Notes: generated from the letters alone by a model not told the origin. A stretch of 64,000 nt of DNA from Escherichia coli (GCF_003790525.1 NZ_CP033635.1), one strand, 5' to 3'. Shown: positions 43,927 through 56,776, numbered from the stretch's first letter. A program made the numbers and translations.

Positions 43927-44703
43927 TTAACGGTACGGATCCATCCAGCGTAAACCAGCTTCCGTGGTGGTTTGGGGTTTATATTCACAGCCAATCCAAC
44001 CGTTGTAGTCAGAATTTTCAATTACCGTAAAGAGATATTCGTAATTAATTTCTCCGGTTCCCGGTTCGCCGCGATGCGGATTATCAGCGATTTGCAGGTG
44101 ACCAATTTTATCGGCCCATTGCGTCATAGTGTTGGTTAATTCACCCTCCATCCGCTGCATGTGATAAATGTCATACTGAATTTTCAAATTGCAGCAACCA
44201 ACATCATCAATCAATTTCAGCGCCTGCCGAGTTCCGGTGAGATGGAAACCAGGAATATCAAAATGGTTGATAGGTTCAATCAGTAATAAAATATCTTCTT
44301 TCATCAGCATATTCGCGGCATAACGCAGGTTTTCTACAAGCGTTGCGTGAATCTGTTCACTGCTGAAACCAGCCGGCGTTTTACCGACCAGACAGTTAAT
44401 TTTTTTATTACCCAGCGCACGAGCATAACGAATCGCTGCTGCTACGCCATCCCGAAACTCTTCTTCACGGCCAGGAATACAGGCAATACCCCGCTCGCCC
44501 GCCGCCCAGTCACCTGCCGGTAAATTGTGCAGCGTATGTTCGAGTTTATTACTCGCCAGCACCTGTTTTAATTCTTCAATGTCGTAGTCATAAGGGAACA
44601 TAAATTCAACGCCGCGAAAACCACACTGCGCAGCTTTCTCAAAACGGGCGAGAAAATCATATTCACCAAATAACATCGATAAATTAGCAGAGAAACGTAA
44701 CAT
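43927..44703 (-). CDS. hyi: Hyi, hydroxypyruvate isomerase
   Basis: 258-aa ORF MLRFSANLSMLFGEYDFLARFEKAAQCGFRGVEF. Confidence 0.92.
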   Translation of the reverse strand: MLRFSANLSMLFGEYDFLARFEKAAQCGFRGVEFMFPYDYDIEELKQVLASNKLEHTLHNLPAGDWAAGERGIACIPGREEEFRDGVAAAIRYARALGNKKINCLVGKTPAGFSSEQIHATLVENLRYAANMLMKEDILLLIEPINHFDIPGFHLTGTRQALKLIDDVGCCNLKIQYDIYHMQRMEGELTNTMTQWADKIGHLQIADNPHRGEPGTGEINYEYLFTVIENSDYNGWIGCEYKPQTTTEAGLRWMDPYR

Positions 44704-44715
44704 TATTTATCTCCC

Positions 44716-46497
44716 TTATTCATAGTGCATGAAACAGGTTTCAGTCGGTGCGTCCGCTGCGTTATCGGCGATATCTTCAAATTCCATGACGTTATCCAGT
44801 TCACTGCCCATCGAAATATTGGTCACACGCTCGAGAATAACTTCCACGACTACAGGTACCCGATATTGCGCTATTAAGACTTTCGCCTGTTCAAAGGCTG
44901 GTGCAATATCTTCCGGTTTGAAAACGCGAATTGCTTTACAACCTAAACCTTCCGCTACTTTTACGTGGTCGACGCCATAACCGTTCACTTCGCTGGAGTT
45001 AATATTTTCGAAAGCGAGCTGTACGCAGTAATCCATATCAAACGCGCGCTGCGACTGGCGAATCAGCCCCAGATAAGCGTTGTTCACCAGTACATGGATG
45101 TACGGAATATTGAACTGTGCGCCAACGGCTAATTCTTCAATCAGGAACTGGAAGTCGAAGTCACCGGAAATCGCCACCACATTGCGCTCTGGATCAGCGG
45201 CACACACGCCCAGCGCCGCCGGAATGGTCCAGCCCAACGGGCCTGCCTGCCCACAGTTGATCCAGTGGCGGTCTTTAAAGACATGCAGCATTTGTGCCGC
45301 AGCGATTTGTGACAGACCAATGGTGGTGACATAACAAACATCGCGACCAAAGGCTTTGTTCATCTCTTCATACACGCGCTGCGGTTTCACCGGCACATTG
45401 TCGAAGTGGGTTTTGCGCAGCAAAGTGCGTTTGCGCTGCTGGCAGTCGGCGACCCATTCTTTACGACACGGCAGACGACCCGCTTTTTGCATCTCCTGCG
45501 CCACTTCAACCAGCAGCGTCAGCGCTGCTTTAGCATCAGAGACAATGCCGAGATCCGGACACAGCACGCGGCCAATTTGCGTCGGCTCAATATCGATATG
45601 AACGATTTTGCGCCCTTCGGTGTATTTCTCTACCGAACCGGTATGACGGTTAGCAAAACGGTTACCGATACCAAACACCATGTCGGACGCCAGCAGCGTT
45701 GCGTTACCGTAACGATGCGCGGTTTGCAGACCCACCATCCCGGCCATCAGTTCATGATCGTCGGGAATACAGCCCCAGCCCATCAGCGTTGGGATCACCG
45801 GAACGCTGGTCAGTTCAGCAAACTGTTGTAACAGTGCAGCAGCGTCAGCATTGATTACCCCGCCCCCGGCAACAATCACCGGACGTTCGGCCTGAATTAA
45901 CATTTCTACAGCTTTTTCGATCTGCATACGGCTGGCAGCAGGTTTGTAGACCGGCAGCGGTTCGTACATGTCAGGATCAAACTCGATTTCCGCAACCTGA
46001 ACGTCGAACGGTAAATCCACCAGTACCGGACCCGGGCGACCAGAACGCATCAGGTGAAACGCCTGTTGCAGCACACGAGGCACCAGCGCCGCTTCACGAA
46101 CTGTAACCGCCATTTTGCTGACCGGTTTAGCAATTGCTTCAATATCAACGGCCTGGAAATCTTCTTTATGCAGACGGGCGCGCGGAACCTGGCCGGTAAT
46201 ACACAGAATAGGAATGGAATCAGCAGAAGCAGAATAGAGCGCGGTGATCATGTCCGTGCCCGCAGGACCGGAAGTCCCCAGACATACGCCGATATTCCCT
46301 GCCGTTGCGCGGGTATAACCTTCCGCCATGTGCGAAGCACCTTCCACATGACGCGCCAGAATGTGACGAATACCGCCGTGCTTACGCATCGCTGAGTAGA
46401 ACGGATTGATTGCAGCTCCCGGAACGCCGAAGGCGGTGATGATACCTTCTTTCTCCAGCACATACATTGCCGCGTCAACGGCTCTCATTTTTGCCAT
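44716..46497 (-). CDS. gcl: Gcl, glyoxylate carboligase (ThDP-dependent)
   Basis: 593-aa product from [34 protein letters not shown]. Confidence 0.92.
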   Translation of the reverse strand: MAKMRAVDAAMYVLEKEGIITAFGVPGAAINPFYSAMRKHGGIRHILARHVEGASHMAEGYTRATAGNIGVCLGTSGPAGTDMITALYSASADSIPILCITGQVPRARLHKEDFQAVDIEAIAKPVSKMAVTVREAALVPRVLQQAFHLMRSGRPGPVLVDLPFDVQVAEIEFDPDMYEPLPVYKPAASRMQIEKAVEMLIQAERPVIVAGGGVINADAAALLQQFAELTSVPVIPTLMGWGCIPDDHELMAGMVGLQTAHRYGNATLLASDMVFGIGNRFANRHTGSVEKYTEGRKIVHIDIEPTQIGRVLCPDLGIVSDAKAALTLLVEVAQEMQKAGRLPCRKEWVADCQQRKRTLLRKTHFDNVPVKPQRVYEEMNKAFGRDVCYVTTIGLSQIAAAQMLHVFKDRHWINCGQAGPLGWTIPAALGVCAADPERNVVAISGDFDFQFLIEELAVGAQFNIPYIHVLVNNAYLGLIRQSQRAFDMDYCVQLAFENINSSEVNGYGVDHVKVAEGLGCKAIRVFKPEDIAPAFEQAKVLIAQYRVPVVVEVILERVTNISMGSELDNVMEFEDIADNAADAPTETCFMHYE

Positions 46498-46517
46498 TTT
46501 ATTCCTACCTCTATTAA

Positions 46518-46534
46518 TTGGAAAAATTTTCCAA
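46518..46534. promoter_or_regulatory. AllR operator at the gcl promoter
   Basis: Perfect palindrome TTGGAAAAATTTTCCAA immediately upstream of gcl. Confidence 0.8.
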
Positions 46535-46541
46535 CTTTCAA

Positions 46542-46566
46542 ATTTTGTCAAAAAAACCCGCTCCGC
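46542..46566 (-). terminator. Rho-independent terminator after allR
   Basis: CCCGCTC-CGCA-GAGCGGG stem-loop with an adjacent A7 tract on the plus strand (a T-run on the minus-strand transcript). Confidence 0.7.
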
Positions 46567-46586
46567 AGAGCGGGATGCGACAGACA

Positions 46587-47402
46587 CTATGGATGTGCTT
46601 TCAGTCCCAACGCCGTGCTGATATCGCGGGCGGTGTCTCTGACCAGCTCACCCTGACTGACAAAACGATCTTCTGTCAGTCTTGATGAAGGCCCGGAGAT
46701 GGAGATAGCGGCAACAACACTACCTACATCATCGTAAATTGCTGAAGCTATGCAATTCAGGCCAACAACATGCTCTTCTTTATCTACGGTATAGCCCAGT
46801 TCACGCGCTTGTTCCAGGTCCTTCAGCAAGGTGGGCATATCCACAAGCGTCGTTGGCGTAAACTGCTGCAAACCGGTTTGCAGAATGATGCTCATCAGCT
46901 CCTCTTCCGCCAGCGGATAAAGCAGCGCCTTGCCCGCACCGGAAGCATGCAGCGGCAGACGACTGCCCAGCGGCGCACACATCCTGACCATCGATTTACA
47001 CTCTAACTGACCAATTAATACCGCTTCATTGCCGTTACGGATCGCGACATTGACCGTTTCGCCGGAAAGTAACATCAGGCGGCGCATAAACGGCCCGGCG
47101 ACGGAGAGGACATCGCGGTTATGGATGTACGCTGCACCGACGTTAAAGACACCTAATCCTATATGCCACCAGCCTAACTGACTGTCCTGATAGACAAAAT
47201 CCGCTGCCTGTAAAACCTTCAGCAAGCGAAAGGTCGTGGAGAGCGGCAAATCCAGATTGAGAGAAATATCGCTAACCGATGAACTTCCCCCACTTTTTTC
47301 CAGATATTGCAGAATCGCAATTCCCCGCTCTAACGCCTGTGCGCCCTTCTGTGCCACAGGCTCCGCCTGTCCTGGCCTGCCGCGCCGTCTAACTTCCGTC
47401 AT
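46587..47402 (-). CDS. allR: AllR, IclR-family repressor of the allantoin regulon
   Basis: 271-aa ORF with N-terminal IclR HTH ([38 protein letters not shown]). Confidence 0.9.
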
Positions 47403-47479
47403 ACCTACGTTAACTCCGACCTACAAGTGAGCATAAACAATGAACAATTCGTTTATCTTATGCAAGTCGGTTGCAGGCG

Positions 47480-47962
47480 TCACGCAAAACAGAGTTCCTG
47501 TTCAGGAATACTTTCAACATCACAGTTGTCACTGCCGCCGCGATCGATGGTCAAGAAATCGGTGACGCGCTGCCAGGCGAAAAGTGGATGATGCCAGACG
47601 TTACGATGGTAATTCACCCCCTGTTCGCCGTTGGTAATAAACGCCCGCAGAGTTGACAGGTCTGGTTTGTCGTCACCTAACGCCACGACCACCACAAACA
47701 CTTCCCCTTTCATCGGGATAAAGGCCTGAGTACCCAGCGGATGACGTTCGAGTTCGTGAAGGGTCAGCGGCAGATTCGCCGGTTGCGCGCGGTTAATGCT
47801 GATAAGCGTACGGTCTTGCTCAAGAATCTCAACCAGCGCCAAATCGTGGTAACGCTCCACCAGTCCATTGTTAATATGGAAAAAATCCCGTTGCTGCGTT
47901 TCGATTACGTCGCCATAAGCACTAAAGGCTTCCTGACTTAACGGTAATACCTGAAGTTTCAT
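47480..47962 (-). CDS. allA: AllA, ureidoglycolate lyase
   Basis: 160-aa [36 protein letters not shown]. Confidence 0.9.
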   Translation of the reverse strand: MKLQVLPLSQEAFSAYGDVIETQQRDFFHINNGLVERYHDLALVEILEQDRTLISINRAQPANLPLTLHELERHPLGTQAFIPMKGEVFVVVVALGDDKPDLSTLRAFITNGEQGVNYHRNVWHHPLFAWQRVTDFLTIDRGGSDNCDVESIPEQELCFA

Positions 47963-48067
47963 CTTTTTGTCCTTGTAACATAATTCCGTTCAACCACCGC
48001 CGACCGGTCAGCTTGGTTTCAATAACAGGCAATCTAAAACCTTAAGAGAACAACATCAACACAAAAG

Positions 48068-48084
48068 TTGGAATATTTTTCCAA
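48068..48084. promoter_or_regulatory. AllR operator in the allA / allS divergent promoter region
   Basis: Palindrome TTGGAATATTTTTCCAA, same half-sites as the gcl site. Confidence 0.75.
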
Positions 48085-48191
48085 AACTAGATTTAGTCCA
48101 CAAATTGAACAGGGTTATCATGTAAAAATACTGATAAATCAGAGGATAAGAAAATCACGCAACTTGCGGATTTAAAAGGGGATACCTGAAG

Positions 48192-49118
48192 ATGTTCGAT
48201 CCAGAAACCTTGCGGACTTTCATTGCGGTTGCTGAAACAGGTAGTTTTTCAAAAGCGGCAGAACGATTATGTAAAACCACGGCGACGATCAGTTATCGCA
48301 TTAAACTTCTGGAAGAGAATACCGGAGTAGCGCTGTTTTTCCGTACGACTCGTAGCGTAACGTTGACAGCGGCTGGCGAGCATCTACTTTCCCAGGCCAG
48401 AGACTGGCTGAGCTGGCTGGAAAGTATGCCAAGCGAGCTGCAACAGGTGAATGATGGCGTGGAACGCCAGGTGAATATTGTCATCAACAACCTGCTCTAT
48501 AACCCCCAGGCCGTTGCCCAGTTGCTGGCGTGGCTGAATGAGCGTTACCCCTTTACCCAGTTTCACATCTCCCGACAAATCTATATGGGCGTCTGGGACT
48601 CGCTATTGTACGAAGGTTTTTCGCTGGCTATCGGCGTCACGGGAACTGAGGCGCTGGCAAATACCTTTAGTCTTGATCCCTTAGGATCGGTGCAATGGCG
48701 CTTTGTCATGGCGGCGGATCATCCGCTGGCGAACGTTGAAGAGCCGCTAACAGAAGCGCAGTTGCGGCGCTTTCCGGCGGTCAATATTGAAGACAGCGCC
48801 CGCACACTAACCAAACGCGTCGCCTGGCGATTGCCGGGGCAAAAAGAGATTATTGTTCCCGATATGGAAACGAAAATCGCCGCCCATCTGGCGGGCGTTG
48901 GCATTGGTTTTTTGCCAAAATCACTTTGCCAGTCAATGATCGATAATCAACAACTGGTCAGCCGGGTAATCCCAACGATGCGCCCTCCTTCACCATTGAG
49001 TCTGGCATGGCGCAAATTTGGCAGCGGCAAAGCGATAGAAGATATTGTGACCTTGTTTACCCAGCGCAGGCCGGAAATCAGCGGATTTTTAGAAATTTTC
49101 GGCAACCCACGCAGTTAA
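48192..49118 (+). CDS. allS: AllS, LysR-family activator of allDCE
   Basis: 308-aa [45 protein letters not shown] (LysR HTH). Confidence 0.9.
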   Translation: MFDPETLRTFIAVAETGSFSKAAERLCKTTATISYRIKLLEENTGVALFFRTTRSVTLTAAGEHLLSQARDWLSWLESMPSELQQVNDGVERQVNIVINNLLYNPQAVAQLLAWLNERYPFTQFHISRQIYMGVWDSLLYEGFSLAIGVTGTEALANTFSLDPLGSVQWRFVMAADHPLANVEEPLTEAQLRRFPAVNIEDSARTLTKRVAWRLPGQKEIIVPDMETKIAAHLAGVGIGFLPKSLCQSMIDNQQLVSRVIPTMRPPSPLSLAWRKFGSGKAIEDIVTLFTQRRPEISGFLEIFGNPRS

Positions 49119-49171
49119 AAATCAAGTTTCCTTGCGCGTTGGCGCGTAAAATAGCGCGCAAGCTGATTTGA

Positions 49172-50281
<1,110 letters not shown>

Positions 50282-50309
50282 TAGGCGGTATTCTGTGCAC
50301 GCTGTTCAT

Positions 50310-50396
50310 GCCGGATGCGGCGTGAACGCCTTATCCGGCCTACGGTTAAGTGCAGTTTTGTAGGCCTGATAAGACGCGCCAGCGTCGCATCAGGCA
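50310..50396. repeat. REP/BIME element (inverted REP pair)
   Basis: GCCGGATGCGGCGTGAACGCCTTATCCGGCCTAC plus inverted GTAGGCCTGATAAGACGCGCCAGCGTCGCATCAGGC between convergent selU and ybbP. Confidence 0.85.
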
Positions 50397-50411
50397 ATCT
50401 AACGCCTGTCA

Positions 50412-52826
50412 TCATCCCGCAAACTGCCTGAACAGCGCCTTACCCTTAACCAGTCGCGCACCCAGCCAGCCGCCGCAAAGCGACAGCAGCAGCGCACCGC
50501 TGCACGGCAGCACAATCCACAATCGCCAGTCTGGCTCCCACGGGAAATCAAACACTTTCGCCTGCAACACTGCCAGCGCCGTTTCCGCACCAATTGCGGC
50601 CACCAGGCCAGAAACAAACCCAAGCATGGCGAACTCACACCACAATGTCGTGCGCAGCAGCTTTTTCCCCGCACCGAGTGTGCGCCACACCACCAGCTCC
50701 TGATGACGCTGACGCATTCCCACCTGCACCTGTGCCAGCAACAGCAACATACCGCAGGCGGTGACCAGCACCACCATCACCTCCAGCGCCCGACTTACCT
50801 GCTCCAGCACCTGACCGACCTGTTTTAAAATCGCGCCAATGTCTAACAGGCTAATGGTCGGGAACTGGCGGTTGAGTTGCGTCAACATGCCGTTGCCATT
50901 CTCCCAGCGGAAACTGGTAAGCCAGCTCTGCGGTTGCCCGTCTAATGCCCCTTCAGGGAAAATAAAATAGAAATTAGGCCGCAGACTTTCCCAGTCCACT
51001 TTGCGCAGGCTGGTCACTTTAGCGCGGAACTCCTGGGTATCGCCCATAAAAGTCACGGTATCACCGAGGGCAACGTTTAAGCGTTTCGCCAGCCCCTCTT
51101 CCATCGACACTTCATCGGCTTTTGGCGGCCAGTTACCGGCGACAATCGGATTATGATCGGGCCGCGTATTTTGCCAGGTAAGATTGAGTTCGCGATTGAG
51201 CGCCTCATCTTCATTGCCTTCTGTCGGCTTGCCGTTAATCGCCGTCAGTCTCGCCCGCACCACCGGATAAAACGATTCCGGGACTATCTGATGTTCCGCG
51301 AGGAACGCTTTTAGCGGTGCTACCTGTTCTGTGGCGATGTTAATTAAAAAGTAGTTCGGGCTTTCTGGAGGTAGCTGCTGCTGCCAGCGGTCGAGCAGAT
51401 CGCCACGCAACACCAGCAGCAGTGCCAGCAGCATAAAGGAGAGCGAAAATGCCGAAAGCTGGCTTAACGTTGACCACGGCTGACGTAACAGGCGGCTAAC
51501 CGCCAGGCGCAGAGGCAGCGATTTCAGCGTCATGCGGCGAAGTACATTCAGCAGCATCCAGCCCAGCACACCGCACAGCAAAGCCAGTACTACCGCGCCC
51601 GCCAGCACCGCCCAAAGCAGCATGCTGCCACCCATTAATCCGGCGAGCAGCAGCACAACCACTACACTGACAATCGGCAGATAAAACTTCAGCGGCCAGA
51701 CGTTCGCTACCACATCATTACGTAATACGCGTAAAGGCTGCGTTGCCAGCAACAAGCGGTATGGTCGTAGCCCCACCAGCAGCGAGATAACCGTCATGGT
51801 GCCGAGCGCCCACAGCCACGGCCAGAGGCTGGCTGGCGGTAGTGCGGCAGGCAGAACGGGCTTGAGCAGCACCATCAACACGTTTTCGAACAACAGGCCT
51901 ATCGCCCCACCGGTAACGGCTGAAAGCGTCAGCACCATCAACCACTGACCGACGATTAGCTTACGCAGTTGCGCTCGCCCTGCCCCCAGCGTTTTGAGGA
52001 TCGCCACCAGATCGTAGCGACTGCGACAGTAATGATTCATCGCCACCGCCACCGCTGCCACTGCCAGCAGCAAGGTCAGAAGCGCAGAAAGCAGCAGGAA
52101 CTGTTGCGAGCGTTCCATCGAGCGCCCCAGCGCGCCTTCGTCCTGTTCCAGACCGTACCAGCGTTGTTCGGGTTTAAGCTGGGGTAACAACCATTTCTCA
52201 TAGCCGTCGAGCTGGTTCTCGTTGCCGCCGAATTTATAGCGCCAGGTGACCCGACTTCCCGGCTGCACGGCTCCGGTTTTATCGACATCCGCCAGATTCA
52301 TCATCAGACGCGGAGCCATCTGGAAGGGGTTAAAACCGGAATCCGGTTCCTGAATCACTTCTCCGGCAATCCGCAAGGTGGCATCGCCCACGTCAATGGT
52401 GTCGCCCGTTTTCAGGTTAAGCAGTGCCATCAGGCGTGGGGCCAGCAATACGCTGCCCGCCTGCGGTTTCAGGCCTGGGGGATTGGTTTGCAGATCGCCA
52501 TACATCGGGTAGATATCATCCACCGCTTTGACGTTCGCCAGCTGCGGTGTGTCGCCTGCAAATGTCATGGTGGCGAAAGTCAGCTGCTTGCCGACTTTCA
52601 GGCCGCGCTTTTGCGCTTCCTCCAGCCACGCTTGCGGCACTTCGCGCGAACTGCGCAACGCCCGATCGCCCGCCATAAACTCCCGGCTTTGCTGGCTTAA
52701 GCCCTTCTCCATGCGATCGCTGATATTGCCCAGCGCCAGCACGCAGGCCACCGCCAGGCTTAGCGCCAGCCAGACAATTAATAGCGACGGCGAGCGCCAT
52801 TCGCGCCAGAACCAACGTGCAATCAT
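50412..52826 (-). CDS. ybbP: YbbP, ABC transporter permease (FtsX/MacB-like with large periplasmic domains)
   Basis: 804-aa polytopic ORF MIARWFWREWRSPSLLIVWLALSLAVA. Confidence 0.88.
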   Translation of the reverse strand: MIARWFWREWRSPSLLIVWLALSLAVACVLALGNISDRMEKGLSQQSREFMAGDRALRSSREVPQAWLEEAQKRGLKVGKQLTFATMTFAGDTPQLANVKAVDDIYPMYGDLQTNPPGLKPQAGSVLLAPRLMALLNLKTGDTIDVGDATLRIAGEVIQEPDSGFNPFQMAPRLMMNLADVDKTGAVQPGSRVTWRYKFGGNENQLDGYEKWLLPQLKPEQRWYGLEQDEGALGRSMERSQQFLLLSALLTLLLAVAAVAVAMNHYCRSRYDLVAILKTLGAGRAQLRKLIVGQWLMVLTLSAVTGGAIGLLFENVLMVLLKPVLPAALPPASLWPWLWALGTMTVISLLVGLRPYRLLLATQPLRVLRNDVVANVWPLKFYLPIVSVVVVLLLAGLMGGSMLLWAVLAGAVVLALLCGVLGWMLLNVLRRMTLKSLPLRLAVSRLLRQPWSTLSQLSAFSLSFMLLALLLVLRGDLLDRWQQQLPPESPNYFLINIATEQVAPLKAFLAEHQIVPESFYPVVRARLTAINGKPTEGNEDEALNRELNLTWQNTRPDHNPIVAGNWPPKADEVSMEEGLAKRLNVALGDTVTFMGDTQEFRAKVTSLRKVDWESLRPNFYFIFPEGALDGQPQSWLTSFRWENGNGMLTQLNRQFPTISLLDIGAILKQVGQVLEQVSRALEVMVVLVTACGMLLLLAQVQVGMRQRHQELVVWRTLGAGKKLLRTTLWCEFAMLGFVSGLVAAIGAETALAVLQAKVFDFPWEPDWRLWIVLPCSGALLLSLCGGWLGARLVKGKALFRQFAG

Positions 52827-53509
52827 GTTTCCTCCTGCAACTGCCCGTTCACCAGCCGTAAGCAGCGGTCGCAGCGTGCCGCCAGTTGCAGGTCGTGGGT
52901 CACCATAATCAACGTGGTGCCATGTTCACGGTTGAGGGAAAACAGCAGGTCGGCAATTTTATCGCCCGTCTGGCGGTCAAGATTGCCGGTGGGTTCGTCG
53001 GCAAACAGCACATCAGGCCGACCATTAAAAGCTCGCGCCAGCGCCACTCGTTGCTGTTCGCCGCCGGAAAGCTGTGCCGGAAGATGATCCAGACGTTTAC
53101 CCAGTCCTAACTGTTCGAGCAACGCTTTTGCCCCGTTACGACTTTCTGCGCTACTCTCACCACGCAGCAGCGCCGGAAGCTCGACGTTTTCCAGCGCGTT
53201 AAGGGTAGGAATTAACATAAATGACTGAAAAACAAAGCCTACGTGCTTCGCGCGCAACTTTGCCCGCGCTTCTTCGTCCATATTATGTAGCGGTTGTCCC
53301 ACCAGACTCACTTCGCCACTGCTGCCGTCATCCAGCCCGGCGAGGATCGCCAGCAAGGTTGACTTACCCGATCCCGACTCGCCCACCAGCGCGATGGTCT
53401 CGCCACGTTTGACAACCAGCTCAACTCCGGTGAGGATGGAGAGTTCATGCTCCCCCTGACCGACGGACTTCTTAAGATGATGAACTTCAACAATGTTTTC
53501 CGCTGGCAT
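52823..53509 (-). CDS. ybbA: YbbA, ABC transporter ATP-binding protein
   Basis: 228-aa ORF with Walker A GESGSGKST, signature LSGGEQQR and Walker B; overlaps ybbP by 4 bp. Confidence 0.9.
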   Translation of the reverse strand: MPAENIVEVHHLKKSVGQGEHELSILTGVELVVKRGETIALVGESGSGKSTLLAILAGLDDGSSGEVSLVGQPLHNMDEEARAKLRAKHVGFVFQSFMLIPTLNALENVELPALLRGESSAESRNGAKALLEQLGLGKRLDHLPAQLSGGEQQRVALARAFNGRPDVLFADEPTGNLDRQTGDKIADLLFSLNREHGTTLIMVTHDLQLAARCDRCLRLVNGQLQEET

Positions 53510-54103
53510 TTGCCCTTCCTGTTCCTGGTCCTGTTAACCTTCCGTGCCGCTGCAGCGGACACGTTATTGATTCTGGGTGATAGCCTGAGCGCCGGGTATC
53601 GAATGTCTGCCAGCGCGGCCTGGCCTGCCTTGTTGAATGATAAGTGGCAGAGTAAAACGTCGGTAGTCAATGCCAGCATCAGCGGCGACACCTCGCAACA
53701 AGGGCTGGCGCGCCTTCCGGCTCTGCTGAAACAGCATCAGCCGCGCTGGGTGCTGGTAGAACTGGGCGGCAATGACGGTTTGCGTGGTTTTCAGCCACAA
53801 CAAACCGAGCAAACGCTGCGCCAGATTTTGCAGGATGTCAAAGCCGCCAACGCTGAACCATTGTTAATGCAAATACGTCTGCCTGCAAACTATGGTCGCC
53901 GTTATAATGAAGCCTTTAGCGCCATTTACCCCAAACTCGCCAAAGAGTTTGATGTTCCGCTGCTGCCCTTTTTTATGGAAGAGGTCTACCTCAAACCACA
54001 ATGGATGCAGGATGACGGTATTCATCCCAACCGCGACGCCCAGCCGTTTATTGCCGACTGGATGGCGAAGCAGTTGCAGCCTTTAGTAAATCATGACTCA
54101 TAA
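53477..54103 (+). CDS. tesA: TesA, periplasmic acyl-CoA thioesterase I / lysophospholipase L1 (SGNH hydrolase)
   Basis: 208-aa product MMNFNNVFRWHLPFLFLVLLTFRAAAADTLLILGDSLSAGY (signal peptide plus GDSL motif); its 5' end overlaps the divergent ybbA start. Confidence 0.88.
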   Translation: MMNFNNVFRWHLPFLFLVLLTFRAAAADTLLILGDSLSAGYRMSASAAWPALLNDKWQSKTSVVNASISGDTSQQGLARLPALLKQHQPRWVLVELGGNDGLRGFQPQQTEQTLRQILQDVKAANAEPLLMQIRLPANYGRRYNEAFSAIYPKLAKEFDVPLLPFFMEEVYLKPQWMQDDGIHPNRDAQPFIADWMAKQLQPLVNHDS

Positions 54104-54902
54104 AGCAACGGAGATCCTGACAGGTAAAGTTATGCAAAAATCGGTCTTAATTACCGGATGTTCCAGTGGAATTGGCCTGGAAAGCGCGCTCGAATTAAAA
54201 CGCCAGGGTTTTCATGTGCTGGCAGGTTGCCGGAAAGCGGATGATGTTGAGCGCATGAACAGCATGGGATTTACCGGCGTGTTGATCGATCTGGATTCAC
54301 CAGAAAGTGTTGATCGCGCAGCCGACGAAGTGATCGCCCTGACCGATAATTGTCTGTATGGGATCTTTAACAATGCCGGATTCGGCATGTATGGCCCCCT
54401 TTCCACCATCAGCCGTGTGCAGATGGAACAGCAGTTTTCCGCCAACTTTTTCGGCGCACACCAGCTCACCATGCGCCTGTTACCCGTGATGTTACCGCAC
54501 GGTGAAGGACGTATTGTGATGACCTCATCGGTGATGGGATTAATCTCCACGCCGGGTCGTGGCGCTTACGCGGCCAGTAAATATGCGCTGGAGGCGTGGT
54601 CAGACGCACTGCGCATGGAGCTACGTCACAGCGGAATTAAAGTTAGCCTGATCGAACCCGGTCCCATTCGTACTCGCTTCACCGACAACGTCAACCAGAC
54701 GCAAAGTGATAAACCTGTCGAAAATCCCGGCATCGCCGCCCGCTTTACGTTGGGACCGGAAGCGGTGGTCGACAAAGTGCGCCATGCTTTTATTAGCGAG
54801 AAGCCGAAGATGCGCTATCCAGTAACGCTGGTGACCTGGGCAGTAATGGTGCTTAAGCGCCTGCTGCCGGGGCGCGTGATGGACAAAATATTGCAGGGGT
54901 GA
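54093..54902 (+). CDS. ybbO: YbbO, short-chain dehydrogenase/reductase
   Basis: 269-aa ORF with TGCSSGIG cofactor motif and YxxxK active site. Confidence 0.88.
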   Translation: MTHKATEILTGKVMQKSVLITGCSSGIGLESALELKRQGFHVLAGCRKADDVERMNSMGFTGVLIDLDSPESVDRAADEVIALTDNCLYGIFNNAGFGMYGPLSTISRVQMEQQFSANFFGAHQLTMRLLPVMLPHGEGRIVMTSSVMGLISTPGRGAYAASKYALEAWSDALRMELRHSGIKVSLIEPGPIRTRFTDNVNQTQSDKPVENPGIAARFTLGPEAVVDKVRHAFISEKPKMRYPVTLVTWAVMVLKRLLPGRVMDKILQG

Positions 54903-54920
54903 GTTGAAGCGCGCGCTTAA

Positions 54921-55817
<897 letters not shown>

Positions 55818-55824
55818 GTTTCCG

Positions 55825-55990
55825 TTGAAATGCGATGTGCTGGTTTGTAGGCCTGATAAGACGCGCCAGCGTCGCATCAGGCATCCGCGCATAGCCGCCG
55901 GATGCGGCGTGAACGCCTTATCCGGCCTACCAAACCGTGCTAATTCAATACATTGCAGGTGCCATGTAGGTCTGATAAGACGCATCAGGC
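55825..55990. repeat. REP/BIME cluster
   Basis: Several copies of the GTAGGCCTGATAAGACGC...GCATCAGGC and GCCGGATGCGGCGTGAACGCCTTATCCGGCCTAC palindromes between convergent ybbN and fetB. Confidence 0.85.
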
Positions 55991-55996
55991 ATCGCA

Positions 55997-56776
55997 TTAT
56001 TTCTTCTTCAATTGCGTCACCACCAACTGGTGGCGCGAATTATAAAATTTACGATAGGTTAAATAGCAGGCAATAATGGTCGACAGGCTGGCAGTTGAGA
56101 GCAGCATAAAGGTCACCATAATCTGATATTTAATCGCCTTCACCGGATCAATCCCGGCAAATATCAGCCCGGACATCATTCCTGGTAAACTCACTAAGCC
56201 AACCGTTTTTGCTGAATCGACCGTCGGAATTAAAGCCGCGCGAATACTGTCGCGAATCAATATCGCTGAAGCCTGTTTCGGCGTCGCGCCAAGACTCAGT
56301 TTCTCCTGAATCTGTTGCTGTTCGCTAATCACGCGTTGCCCTAAATTGTTGTAACACAACCCCACCGCTACCATGGCGTTACCGGCTATCATCCCGGCGA
56401 TAGGGATCACCTGCATCGGGATAAATTCAATCGACCCTGAGAGAATCAGCACCGCCAGGGTAATTCCCGCCCCGACCGTAATGGCAATAAACGATGAGAT
56501 AAAAGCTTTAGCAATATATTTACTGCGTTTTTGCGCATTCCACGCCGCATTAAAGCAGATAAATAACACCATCAATAATGTCAGGCTGGCATCATCCACG
56601 CTGAAAATATACTTCAGCACATAGCCGACAATAATCAGCTGAATTATCGCGCGCCCGACGCTCCAGAGAATATCTTTCTCCAGCGCCAGTTTTTCTTTAT
56701 GGCTAATTAAGATTGCCACCACCACCAGCATTAATGCCAGTGCCAATGATTCGTTAGTAATATTATGCGAGTTCAT
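55997..56776 (-). CDS. fetB: FetB (YbbM), iron-export ABC permease
   Basis: 259-aa membrane product from MNSHNITNESLALALMLVVVAIL; the longest ORF extends 9 codons further upstream. Confidence 0.85.
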   Translation of the reverse strand: MNSHNITNESLALALMLVVVAILISHKEKLALEKDILWSVGRAIIQLIIVGYVLKYIFSVDDASLTLLMVLFICFNAAWNAQKRSKYIAKAFISSFIAITVGAGITLAVLILSGSIEFIPMQVIPIAGMIAGNAMVAVGLCYNNLGQRVISEQQQIQEKLSLGATPKQASAILIRDSIRAALIPTVDSAKTVGLVSLPGMMSGLIFAGIDPVKAIKYQIMVTFMLLSTASLSTIIACYLTYRKFYNSRHQLVVTQLKKK

